Below are positions 48,148-57,937 of a stretch of DNA of 64,000 bases, in pieces. How positions within the stretch are numbered: the first letter of the stretch is position 1; every line of letters begins with the position of its first letter. This stretch comes from a bacterium. GTDB taxonomy: Bacteria; UBA8248. The position numbers and the translations under genes are program-made. The stretch is from contig OZ244799.1 in assembly GCA_965219955.1 (NCBI GenBank), forward strand, positions 2,592,001-2,656,000, written 5' to 3'. The notes beneath the pieces are model-generated. The model saw only the letters and a list, made by a program, of their open reading frames with translations. It had not been told where the DNA came from and searched no databases.

Positions 48148-50116
48148 GGAACCGAGTGCGTCAGTCGCGCACGCTCGGCTCTGTGGGGGGCGGGGCGCAG
48201 CAATGCCCCCGCCTACCCGTAACCATTCGGCGGCAGGGTGATGGTTTGCGCGTAGCTCATCGCGGATAATCGAAGAGATTCCCCTGAAGGGCTGGTAACA
48301 CGATCCGGCATGTGGTAATCATGTCGGCATGAAGATCTGCACGGAAGCTGTTCAGGCGGAAGTTTCGTTGGCCGAGAGGCCGGATGAGCGATGGCCTCAT
48401 TCCCCCGGGTTGCCCGCAACCGCAGAGGCCTACTGGCGTTCGCTGTACGAGCGAGAACGTGCGCGCGCGGAGTCTGCGGAGGCGCGCTGTGAGGAGTTGC
48501 GGCTCAAGGAGGTGGATTCGCGTGCGCGGGCGGGTTCGCTGAAGTGGTGTCTCGACAACTGCCGGATGAAGCTAGCCGCGAGGGTCGGGAAGTTGAAGGA
48601 AGTCCGCCGCGCGGCGAAGAAGGACGTCGAGGCGCTCGAGGCGGAAGTGGCTCGTCTGGAGAAGCAGCTTCGCAAAGCGGGAGTGGAGCCGGGCAAGCCC
48701 GGCCCGATCGAGTCGCTGCGCAAGGAAGCCGCCCGGCTGCGCAAGGAGGTCACCCGGTTGAACAAGGCTCTCTCGGGCGCGCTGCCTGAGAAGGAGGCCG
48801 CGCGGCTGCGCCGGGCCGTGGAGAAGCGGGAGAAGACGCTTGAGTCACTGCGCAAGGAGCTTGAGGGGCGGGAGAAGGATGTGGCCCGGCTGGAGGATCA
48901 ACTGGCCTGGGAGAAGATGGAGACGGCGGATCACAAGAAGACGATTCAGTATCGTGAAGAGGAGCTAATCCGGCTCTACGGGAAGTTGCGGGAATTGCGC
49001 GACGAGTTGCGTGTCTCGCTCCGGGCCGCGGGCAGAGTGAAGGAGGGGCTGAAGGAGCGGCTGTTGCGCGCGAAGGAGGCGTTGCGCACGAGGTCGTCTC
49101 GTCGGGACGCGGAACTTCGCAAGGCCCTGGGGAGGTCGCGGCGCCAGAAGACGGCGATCGGGTCGCTGTCGAGGGAGAACGGGCGGTTGCGCCGTGCGCT
49201 GCGCAAGTCGGAGGCCCGCCGTGCGCGTCTGGAGGCCGAGCTCGCGAAGCTTCGCGCGACCGGAGCGGTGCTGGCGAGGAGGCTGTTCGGGCGCAGGAGC
49301 GAGCGGCAGGAGAGGCCGCGCACCGGGCGAAGGCGCGGCGGACAGCCCGGCGCCCGGGGCCATGGCCGCACCCCGCGGCCCGCGCTCGATGAGAGGACGG
49401 AAGTCCGCAACCCGCCGGCCGGTGCGCGCGTCTGCGCCGCTTGCGGGAAGCCCTACGCGGCGAACGGCGCCCGTGTGTCGCGCATCGTCGAGATCGAAGT
49501 CTCGGCGTACAGGCGCGTCATCCACCGTACGAGGTGGCGCCGGGGGTGCGGTTGCGCGTCCTCGCCCACCGAGGTGTCGGCGCCGCCCGCGCCGCGCCTG
49601 TTCGCGGGCACGGCTTACGGGACGAGCGTGTGGGCGCGCCTGCTGTTCGAACGCTACGCCTGCTTCCGCCCGCTCAACCGGGTCGCCGCGTGGTTGTCGG
49701 ACCAGGGGCTTCCGATCTCGGCGGGGACGCTGGGCGACAGCGCGCACCGGTTCATGCCGCTGTTCGAACCGCTGAACGGGGCGATCCTCGCCCGCCAGAA
49801 CGAGGCGTCGGTGCGCCACGGGGACGAAACGACCTGGCGCGTTCAGTCGCTTCGCGAGCAAGGACGCTCGAACCGCGCCTGGCTGTGGGCCTCGCTGAGC
49901 GCAGACTCCGTCTACTTCCACGTCGACCCCTCGCGGTCTGCTGAGGTCGCGATGAAGCTCTTCGGCGCGGCCGGCTCCCATACGGTACTCGTCTGCGACC
50001 GCTACAGCGCCTACAAGAAGCTGGCGCGCAGGCCCGAGAGGAACTGGCCGCCCTGCCGGCGCAGGCGCGCGAGGGCAAGGCGCTTCGCTCGCTGCTGAAC
50101 CACCGCGAGGGGCTGA

Positions 50117-51460
50117 GGGTATGTCCGATTATCTGTGTAAGCCACGGTCTCGGGTCTTTGGGCTTTCCTGGCTCAGCTAGCTGAGCCAGGAAAGCGATCC
50201 TCGAACAGAATGGCAAATTGCCCCTTCGCGGCGGTCCAGTCAACTGGGCGGCGCCAACGGACTCCGGCGTTGCGTATCGCCAGGAACAGCAACTTCGTCG
50301 CCGCCTCGTCGCTGGGAAAGCTTCCCCGGGTCTTGATGATCTTGCGCAACGACCGATGCAGGCTCTCCAGGGCGTTGGTCGTATAGATCATCTTCCGGAT
50401 GGCCGGCGGGAAGGCGAACATCGGCGCCACATGCTCCCAGGCGCGACGCCAGGCGGGAGCCACCGCCGGGTAGCGCTCCCCCCAGCGGGCTTCGAACTCA
50501 TCGAGCCTGGCCGCCGCGGCTTCGAGCGTCTCGGCCCGGTAGACCGCCTTGAGATCGGGCATGACCTTCCGGCGGTCCTTCCAGGCGACGAACGACATCG
50601 AATTGCGTATCAGATGGACGATGCAGGTCTGGACCGCGGTGCGCGGGAATACCGTGCCGATGGCGTCGGGAAAGCCTGCGAGCCCGTCCACCACCGCGAC
50701 CAGAATGTCCTGCAGGCCCCGGGCCTGGAGCTCGTTCATCACCTTGAGCCAGAACTTCGCCCCCTCGGTCTGCTCGATCCAAAGCCCCAGCACCTCCTTG
50801 TCGCCCTCGGAGGTAATCGCCAGGGCGAGGTAGACCGCCTTGTTCCGAACCAGGCCCTCGTCGCGGATCTTCACCCGCAGCGCGTCGAAGAACACGACCG
50901 GATAAACAGGGTCCAGGGGCCGGTTCTGCCACTCCCGCACCTCCTCTAGCACGGCGTCGGTCACCCGGCTGATCAGGTCCGGCGATACCGATACCCCGTA
51001 CAACTCCTCGAGGTGGCCCCGGATCTCGCGCACGCTCATCCCGCGCGCGTACAGCGACACGATGCGCTCGTCGAAACCCTCGAGGCGCCGCTCCCCCTTG
51101 GGCACGATCGCCGGCTCGAACGTCCCGTTGCGGTCCCGGGGAACCGCCAGGTCCAACTCGCCATCATCGCTCAGAACCGTCTTGCCGGAATGCCCGTTGC
51201 GGCTGTTGCCACTACCTCGTCCGGCTGGGTCTCCCTTCTCGTAGCCGAGGTGCTCGCTCAACTCCGCGCCCAGCGCGCGCTCCACAAGAGCCTCCTTGAG
51301 CTGCTTGAACAGCCCGTCCTCGCCCAACAGGTCTTCCGGCTTCTCGTAGCCGGACAGCAACTCGTCCAATAGCTCAGGTCTCAGTCTCGTCATCAAAGGT
51401 CCTCCTCCTGGTGAAGTGTGAACCCTCGACCCTTACTTACACAAGACTTCGGACACTCTC
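50117..51460 (-). mobile_element. IS256 family element, copy B
   Basis: inverted copy of 40637-41980; 8-bp TSD ggggctga. Confidence 0.95.
50173..51396 (-). CDS. IS256 family transposase
   Basis: identical protein to 40701-41924. Confidence 0.95.
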   Translation of the reverse strand: MMTRLRPELLDELLSGYEKPEDLLGEDGLFKQLKEALVERALGAELSEHLGYEKGDPAGRGSGNSRNGHSGKTVLSDDGELDLAVPRDRNGTFEPAIVPKGERRLEGFDERIVSLYARGMSVREIRGHLEELYGVSVSPDLISRVTDAVLEEVREWQNRPLDPVYPVVFFDALRVKIRDEGLVRNKAVYLALAITSEGDKEVLGLWIEQTEGAKFWLKVMNELQARGLQDILVAVVDGLAGFPDAIGTVFPRTAVQTCIVHLIRNSMSFVAWKDRRKVMPDLKAVYRAETLEAAAARLDEFEARWGERYPAVAPAWRRAWEHVAPMFAFPPAIRKMIYTTNALESLHRSLRKIIKTRGSFPSDEAATKLLFLAIRNAGVRWRRPVDWTAAKGQFAILFEDRFPGSAS

Positions 51461-51777
51461 GGGGCTGAGCGTCTTCCTGGAGCGTCCCTCGGTACCGATG
51501 GACAACAACGCCATTGAGAGAGTGCTCAGACGTCCCGTGATCGGCAGGCGGCTCTCGTTCGGCTCCGTGAGCGAGGCCGGCGCCCGGTTCACGGCGATGA
51601 TGTACTCCGTCCTCGGTACACTCTCGTTAAACGGGGTCGATCCGCTTCGCTGGCTGGAGGCATGGCTCACGGCCTGCGCGGAGAACGGCGGCCGCCCACC
51701 CGGGGACCTCTCCGCGTGGCTGCCCTGGTCGATGGGCGCGGAGCGTCGTCGCGCCCTCACGGCGCCGGGATGACGCC

Positions 51778-52620
51778 GTGACCGAGTGCCGCTACTACGG
51801 ACGCGACTTCACGACGGAAGAGATGGCGCTGCTGCGCGCGCTGATCGCAGGCCCACCTGCGCTCAACCGCCATGCGCTGTCGAAGGAGTTCTGCCGCCGC
51901 ATCGGCTGGTTCAAGCCCGACGGCGGGCTCAAGGACATGATGGCCCGGGTGACCATGCTCGCCATGCACAGGGACGGCCTGATCTCGCTCCCCCCGCCGA
52001 AGCACCCCCGAGCCCAGGCCAAGCCGATCGTCTTCGGACCCGACACCGAACCTCCCCTCATCCCGGCGCCCGAGACCCTTGATGAGGTCCGCCCCCTCGA
52101 TATGCGCATCGTCGTGCGCGGAACCCGCGAGGGCAGGCTCTGGAACGAGTTCGTCGCACGCTATCACTACCTCGGCTACAAGACCCTCGTCGGCGCCCAG
52201 ATGCGCTACGCCGTCCACGACCGCGACGGCAGGCCCCTCGCCATGCTCGGCTTCTCCACCGCCGCGTGGAAACTCGCCCCGCGCGATGCCTTCATCGGCT
52301 GGACCCCGCAGCTGCGCGAGAAGAACCTCCCCCTCGTGGTCGACAACCCGAGGTTCCTCATCCTGCCCTGGATCAAAATCCCCAACCTCGGCTCCCACCT
52401 CCTCGCCATCGTCCGCAGGCGCCTGCCCGGAGACTGGACCGAACGCTATGGCACCACCCCCGTCCTCGTCGAGACCTTCGTCGAGACGCCGCGATACACC
52501 GGCGCCGTCTACAGGGCTTCGGGGTGGATTCACGTCGGAACCACACAGGGACGTGGGCGCTACGACAGGGACAGACGCTTCGACAAGCCCAGAAACTGGA
52601 AGCAAGTCCTCAACCGGTAA
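51778..52620 (+). CDS. DUF4338 (DruA-like) domain protein
   Basis: YHYLGY, PRDAFIGW, RFLILPW, NLGSHLL, LVETFVE, YRASGW. Confidence 0.85.
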   Translation: MTECRYYGRDFTTEEMALLRALIAGPPALNRHALSKEFCRRIGWFKPDGGLKDMMARVTMLAMHRDGLISLPPPKHPRAQAKPIVFGPDTEPPLIPAPETLDEVRPLDMRIVVRGTREGRLWNEFVARYHYLGYKTLVGAQMRYAVHDRDGRPLAMLGFSTAAWKLAPRDAFIGWTPQLREKNLPLVVDNPRFLILPWIKIPNLGSHLLAIVRRRLPGDWTERYGTTPVLVETFVETPRYTGAVYRASGWIHVGTTQGRGRYDRDRRFDKPRNWKQVLNR

Positions 52621-53182
52621 AATCATCACCCATCCCGGCCCGAACTACTGCTTCAAGGCGCCACCATCACGGCTTGGATAAACGCTTACAAATGTTCACC
52701 GACACGGATTCGCCAGAGTGCGTGGTAATTATAATCAACCCGCTTTCGCTTTGATTACGGGTTGGGGAAGGCAAATTCCGGGAGATATGAATGGGACATA
52801 TATCCAACATGATATCAATGGGTTATACGGATTCCATAGCCGGTGAGAACGGCTCGGAATATACGATGAAGCTGATTTATCGAAAAACCCCGTGAATTTA
52901 TCTTATTTTATCGAATTTTACGGAAATTCATTTCCCGGTTCGACTTTTTTTGGGGCTCCGCCACCATACCCGAGCGGAAACCCCGCCGCCACGGGCAAAT
53001 GCGCGAAATTGCGCCGCCGGCCTGCTCCCGAGACGAAGCCGGAACGCCCCGAAAATCCCCCCAGGTGCGCATTTCCCCGCATTTGCGATGCAGGGTTCCG
53101 ATGCCGGGCATCCTACATTGGGCGCAGTGGCGGCGATGGGCGCCGCCGTTTTCGAGGATCCGATATGGAAAGGAGAAAGCGC

Positions 53183-53896
53183 ATGACGACGCAAACGCAA
53201 CCCGAAACGGAAACAGAAGAAGAAGCCAGCGAAGAGTCGACGGAAGAAACGGCGGAACAGCAGAGCGAAACGCAGCCGGAAAGCGGCATCGACCTGGAGG
53301 CGATTCTCAACCAGGTTCTCGTGATGCACCGGACACTGGACCTCATCGCCACCACCCTCTCGACCGTTTCCGTGAAAGGGCCGGCCGGGCCTCCGGGCCC
53401 TCAGGGCGAAAAGGGCGACCCGGGTGAGCAGGGGCCACAGGGCCTTCAAGGTCCGCAGGGGGAGCGGGGTATTCAGGGTGAACGCGGCCCGCGAGGCGAA
53501 CGCGGATTGCAGGGACCCCAAGGCCCACAGGGCGAACGTGGATTGCAGGGTCCCCAGGGACCCCAGGGCGAAACCGGCCCTCAGGGTATTCCCGGCGCGC
53601 AAGGCCCCAAGGGCGACAAAGGCGACCCCGGCCAGGAGGGCGCACCCGGTGAGCAGGGTCCGCAAGGCGCGACAGGTGATCGCGGCCCCAGAGGATACAC
53701 AGGTGCTACAGGCGCTCGCGGTCCGCGAGGTGCGCAAGGACTACGAGGATTGGAAGGGCCGCAAGGGCCAAAAGGTGAAGATGGCGATGATGGCGAGCGT
53801 GGTCCGGAAGGGCCGCAGGGGCCTCGGGGCGTCTGCTCGTGCAATAGCGGCGGCAGCGATGACGACGGAATCGATGATGATGACGACGGAATCTAG
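53183..53896 (+). CDS. collagen-like protein
   Basis: about 50 uninterrupted Gly-X-Y triplets, acidic N-terminus, CSC and Asp-rich tail; AGGAG RBS. Confidence 0.9.
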   Translation: MTTQTQPETETEEEASEESTEETAEQQSETQPESGIDLEAILNQVLVMHRTLDLIATTLSTVSVKGPAGPPGPQGEKGDPGEQGPQGLQGPQGERGIQGERGPRGERGLQGPQGPQGERGLQGPQGPQGETGPQGIPGAQGPKGDKGDPGQEGAPGEQGPQGATGDRGPRGYTGATGARGPRGAQGLRGLEGPQGPKGEDGDDGERGPEGPQGPRGVCSCNSGGSDDDGIDDDDDGI

Positions 53897-54471
53897 TGAT
53901 GCCGCGTGAATTCCCGTTTCTGATGAACGTGCGCCGGGGGGATGTCGATGAATGGCGGCGACTGCTGAACGACGCCCTGATTCGCGGAACCCCGGAATCG
54001 CCGATTGTCGGCCGGAAGGGGCAGCGGCGGTCCATGCTTTTGGACATGCGCCTTCCATTGACGCACGGCGCCCGGGCAGGCTGGATCGGTGAACAGCTTG
54101 CCCGGGCGCTTCGCGGCGGCTTCTTCGATGCCCGGGCCGTCGCAAGCAGCGGCGTTCCGGGAACCCTGGCCGTCGGCGGCTTGCTCGCACAACTTCCCGA
54201 TATGGAAGCCTGCATCATTCGACCCGAGCGAAGAACATACGGCAGGCGTCGTATCGTAGAGGGCGCCCGGCCCGAAAGCGTCGTATATATCGACGATATC
54301 ATGGCGGGTGGAAACACCGCGTTGCGGGCAATCAGGGTGTTGAAGGCGGAAGGCATCCGCGTCGAGGGCATCCTGACAATCGTTTGCTTCGACTGGTGTC
54401 GGGGCGCGGCGCGCTTGTCCTCCGCCGGCGTCAAGGCGGCCCATCTGGTGCATCTGGAGAAAATACGGTAG
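53896..54471 (+). CDS. type I phosphoribosyltransferase (orotate PRT-like, divergent)
   Basis: VVYIDDIMAGGNT PRPP-binding loop; RRTYGRRRIVEG flexible loop. Confidence 0.75.
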   Translation: MMPREFPFLMNVRRGDVDEWRRLLNDALIRGTPESPIVGRKGQRRSMLLDMRLPLTHGARAGWIGEQLARALRGGFFDARAVASSGVPGTLAVGGLLAQLPDMEACIIRPERRTYGRRRIVEGARPESVVYIDDIMAGGNTALRAIRVLKAEGIRVEGILTIVCFDWCRGAARLSSAGVKAAHLVHLEKIR

Positions 54472-54569
54472 CGCCCGGTTCTTGGGGCAGCGTTTCATTT
54501 TGAATTCGAGCCGCCTCCGGCCAGGTCCGGGGGCGGCTCGAACCCTGAATCAGGGAATGAAGACGCGAG

Positions 54570-54945
54570 AACGGGCTCGTTGAAAAAGCCCTCTCAAGCA
54601 AGGAATGGAATGGTTCCCCCCTTGAGGATCGCCGGCAACTGATGAAGGAGGAAGAAGGGAGTCCCCCCCACCCCCCTTGTCAGGGCTATTGAAAAACCCC
54701 TGAGAGGGTAATGGCAACTTCCTGAAAGGGAAACCCCATAAAGTCAACCCCCCCTACCCCCCCTTGTCAGGGGGGCAAGAAAAAACAAAACCCCCTCGGC
54801 CCGGAGAGGGCGCATCGCCTTTTTATCACCCCTTGTCAGGGAATTGCCTTTTTTACCCCCCTGTTAAGGGGGGATAGGTGGGGTTGGTTTTCCAGTCGAG
54901 AGGGGCGTCTCCCTACCTCCTGAAAAGAGGCTCTTTCAACAACTC
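54570..54945. repeat. REP/MITE-like cluster (ccccttgtcaggg palindromes, ttgaaaaa ends)
   Basis: four related palindromes, shared with 62500-62790. Confidence 0.6.
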
Positions 54946-55016
54946 CAGACCGACGATCCCTGGCGAAATGGAAGGCTCCCTCCATCCCAACCCTCGTTCC
55001 ACCCGGCGGGCCACCC

Positions 55017-56483
55017 TCATCTCACCCCGCCGAAAGCGCCGAGAATCTTCTCCGCCCGATCGTCCAGAACCCCCGCCGCTTCCTCGTGGTTGGGGCCGTA
55101 GAACCCTCCCACCACCTTTCCGTCCGGGTCCGTGAACCCGTTTTCTTCTACCGTCACGTCATAGGCCAGGCCGGACTTCCGCCATCCAGTGAGCCGCGCC
55201 CGCGCTTCCACGTCTACTGCCGTGCGAAGATTCATGAACCGTACCGTCCCGTCGAGCGCCTCGGCCGAGAGAACGATCTCGGCCTCGCCGAACACCGGAG
55301 CGAACTTTTCCATATCGCTGGCCAGCAACGAGCCGCTCCACGTCAGCGTGCCCGTATGCGCGGCGGCGAATTCCGCGGCGGACGGGTTGCCAAAAACGTC
55401 CGCCTCCACCGCGATGTGATCGGTGATGCGCGTGGTGGTGAAGCTCATGTGCCGGGCCGCCGTAACCACCCATGCCGAGTGCTTCGCCCATGCGCCGTAG
55501 CTGTAGAGCTCGGGCTCCGAAGGATAATCGTCCGCCACGGTGTATCCGATATCCTTCATGTAGGCGAAATCCATTTCATGCGGAATCGCAATATCATCGC
55601 CGCAATAGGACATGATCATCGCGCAGGCGCCCAGATGACCGAAATCCGGTTCGCCGTCGCGATCCTTCTGGAAGGGCACGTTCCGGCCTCCATTCGCCGC
55701 CGTCAACGCCGGGCCGGTCCATACCCCCCGTTCATAGTCCACATGACGAGCAACAGCCTCCGGCGGCCTGTTACCCGGTGTTGCATCATGCCCGATTGCG
55801 TGGCCCATCTCATGAGCGGCGATATAACTCATCCAATGCGTTCCTCTATTGATGTCTTTTGCCGCCAAATTTATATAACCTGTCCTGGCCGTAAAATCCT
55901 TTCCCACCGTCTGATCGGTCCGATACGTCCCGTTGGAATACCCCCAGGCATAATCCCATTCGGGATTTTCGAAATCAGAGTCAATGTCAATCAGAATCCC
56001 GTCCACCAGACGCGGGATGATCCGCCCGTTCTCCCTCCCCTTGCGTGTCACAGGCGTATCCGTTGACATGAAGGGACCGAGCACGTCCTTGAGCCTGTGA
56101 GACCATGCCTTTCCCGCTCTCTCAATGCCGCCCTTCACGAAATCCGGCAACGAATCAAAATACCCTTCAGAATCCCCGGTGAAATCGATGTCGATGGTGT
56201 CCGTCGGACCCGACATCCGCTGCGCGTACGTTATCCCGTCCTTCGAACCCAGAACGGAATACCCCGACGGGTCCAGACCCTCGAACCGGGGGAGATTGCC
56301 GCCTCCAGAAAGACCGAAATAAGACGCGATCGGCTCGGGCGACTTCCAGGTATCCCGAATGTCCACTCCCGCGGTGTTCACGATGGCGGCGGGGACGGGA
56401 ATGAAACTTCCGCCGCCCCCTCCCCCGCCGCAGCCGTAGAGCGCGAGAACGAACGACAGGAAAACAACCAGAACTTTCATCAT
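55017..56483 (-). CDS. zincin metalloprotease lipoprotein with TbpB-like barrel, paralogue A3
   Basis: LYGC lipobox; HEMGHAIGH; IMSY Met-turn-like motif; GAFGGVR. Confidence 0.85.
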   Translation of the reverse strand: MMKVLVVFLSFVLALYGCGGGGGGGSFIPVPAAIVNTAGVDIRDTWKSPEPIASYFGLSGGGNLPRFEGLDPSGYSVLGSKDGITYAQRMSGPTDTIDIDFTGDSEGYFDSLPDFVKGGIERAGKAWSHRLKDVLGPFMSTDTPVTRKGRENGRIIPRLVDGILIDIDSDFENPEWDYAWGYSNGTYRTDQTVGKDFTARTGYINLAAKDINRGTHWMSYIAAHEMGHAIGHDATPGNRPPEAVARHVDYERGVWTGPALTAANGGRNVPFQKDRDGEPDFGHLGACAMIMSYCGDDIAIPHEMDFAYMKDIGYTVADDYPSEPELYSYGAWAKHSAWVVTAARHMSFTTTRITDHIAVEADVFGNPSAAEFAAAHTGTLTWSGSLLASDMEKFAPVFGEAEIVLSAEALDGTVRFMNLRTAVDVEARARLTGWRKSGLAYDVTVEENGFTDPDGKVVGGFYGPNHEEAAGVLDDRAEKILGAFGGVR

Positions 56484-57937
56484 CTCCTCCCCCCGAAGGC
56501 GCCGAGAATCTTCTCCGCCCGATCGTCCAGAACCCCCGCCGCCTCCTCGTGGTTCGGGCCGTAAAAGCCACCCACCACCTTTCCGTCCGGGTCCGTGAAC
56601 CCGTTTTCTTCCACCGTTACGTCATACGCCAGGCCGGACTTCCGCCATCCCGTCAGCCGGGCCCGCGCTTCCACGTCGACTGCCGTGCGAAGATTCGTGA
56701 ACCGCACCGCGCCCTCGAGCGTATCGGCCGAGAGAACGATTTCCGCCTTGCCGAACACCGGAGCGAACTTTTCCATATCGCTGGCCAGCAGGGAGCCGCT
56801 CCACGTCAGCGTCCCACTGTGCGCGGCGGCGAAATCCGCGGCGGAAGGATTTCCGTAAACGTCCGCCTCCACCGCGATGTGATCGGTGATGCGCGTGGTG
56901 GAGAAGGTCATGTGCCGGGCCGCCGTAACCACCCATGCCGAGTGTTCCGCCCATGCGCCGTAGCTGTAGAGCTCGGGCTCCGAAGGATAATCGTCCGCCA
57001 CGGTGTATCCGATATCCTTCATGTAGGCGAAATCCATTTCATGCGGAATCGCAATATCATCGCCGCAATAGGACATGATCATCGCGCAGGCGCCCAGGTG
57101 ACCGAAATCCGGTTCACCGTCGCGATCCTTCTGGAAGGGCACGTTCCGGCCCCCGTTGGCCGCCGTCAGCGCCGGGCCGGTCCATACCCCCCGCTCATAG
57201 TCCACATGGCGGGCAATCGCCTCCGGCTTCTTATAAGTTTGTATCGCATTATGCCCAATCGCGTGGCCAATCTCATGAGCAGCTAAATAAGCGAACCACA
57301 ATGGTCTTCTCTCGATGTCTATTGCCGCCAACTTTATATAACCTGTCCTAACCGTAAAATTCTGCCCCTCAATCTGCTCGTAACGAAAATCCCCGGTCGA
57401 ATATCCCCAAACATAGTCCCACTTGGGATTCTCGAAATCAGTGTCAAAGTCAAGAAGAATCCCGTCCACCAGACGCGGGATGATATCATCGTTCTCATCC
57501 CTCCCTTTGCGTGTCACCACCGAATCCGTTGACTGGTAGGGGCCGAGCACGTCCTTGAGCCTGTAGGACCAGGATTTTCCCGCTCGCTCCACGGTTCCCT
57601 GCACGAAATCCGGCGACTGGTCGAAATACCCGGTGAAATCGATGTCGATGGTGTCCGTCGGACCCGACATCCGCTGCGCGTACGTGATCCCGTCCTTCGA
57701 ACCCAGGACGGAATACCCCGACGCGTCCAGGCCCTCAAAGCGAGGGAGGCTGCCGCCTCCAGAAAGACCGAAATAAGACGCGATCGGCTCGGGCGACTTC
57801 CAGGTATCCCGAATGTCCACTCCCGCGGTGTTCACGATGGCGGCGGGGACGGGAATGAAACTTCCGCCGCCCCCTCCCCCGCCGCAGCCGTAGAGCGCGA
57901 GAACGAACGACAGGAAAACAACCAGAACTTTCATCAT
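56480..57937 (-). CDS. zincin metalloprotease lipoprotein with TbpB-like barrel, paralogue A2
   Basis: LYGC; HEIGHAIGH; ATGA overlap with neighbours. Confidence 0.85.
   Translation of the reverse strand: MMKVLVVFLSFVLALYGCGGGGGGGSFIPVPAAIVNTAGVDIRDTWKSPEPIASYFGLSGGGSLPRFEGLDASGYSVLGSKDGITYAQRMSGPTDTIDIDFTGYFDQSPDFVQGTVERAGKSWSYRLKDVLGPYQSTDSVVTRKGRDENDDIIPRLVDGILLDFDTDFENPKWDYVWGYSTGDFRYEQIEGQNFTVRTGYIKLAAIDIERRPLWFAYLAAHEIGHAIGHNAIQTYKKPEAIARHVDYERGVWTGPALTAANGGRNVPFQKDRDGEPDFGHLGACAMIMSYCGDDIAIPHEMDFAYMKDIGYTVADDYPSEPELYSYGAWAEHSAWVVTAARHMTFSTTRITDHIAVEADVYGNPSAADFAAAHSGTLTWSGSLLASDMEKFAPVFGKAEIVLSADTLEGAVRFTNLRTAVDVEARARLTGWRKSGLAYDVTVEENGFTDPDGKVVGGFYGPNHEEAAGVLDDRAEKILGAFGGRR

Larger units (their letters stand above)
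42514..48221 (+). mobile_element. group II intron, interrupted by an IS1111 and a serine recombinase element
   Basis: 5' TTGCG; Ia/Ib stems re-form when the IS is removed; alpha-alpha' ccatga/tcgtgg; EBS1 tatatg vs IBS1 tatata; DV/DVI at 48150-48221; RT with YADD; 3' end +/-2 nt. Confidence 0.85.
48329..51773 (+). pseudogene. tnpC: IS66 transposase with a long N-terminal coiled coil, internal deletion and IS256 insertion
   Basis: LFGRRSE, GGQPGARGH, CAACG, HGDETTW, CDRYSAY, MDNNAIERVLR. Confidence 0.88.
48295..52689 (+). mobile_element. IS66-family-like element carrying a DUF4338 gene
   Basis: GTAA.. left end and ..CGCTTAC right end; boundaries tentative, no TSD seen. Confidence 0.5.

Noticed and set aside
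40637-51460. Composite transposon formed by the two inverted IS256 copies
   Set aside because: Each copy has its own distinct 8-bp TSD, so they are independent insertions.
51778-52620. Druantia defence system
   Set aside because: Only a lone DUF4338 gene is present, with no DruE helicase or other dru genes.
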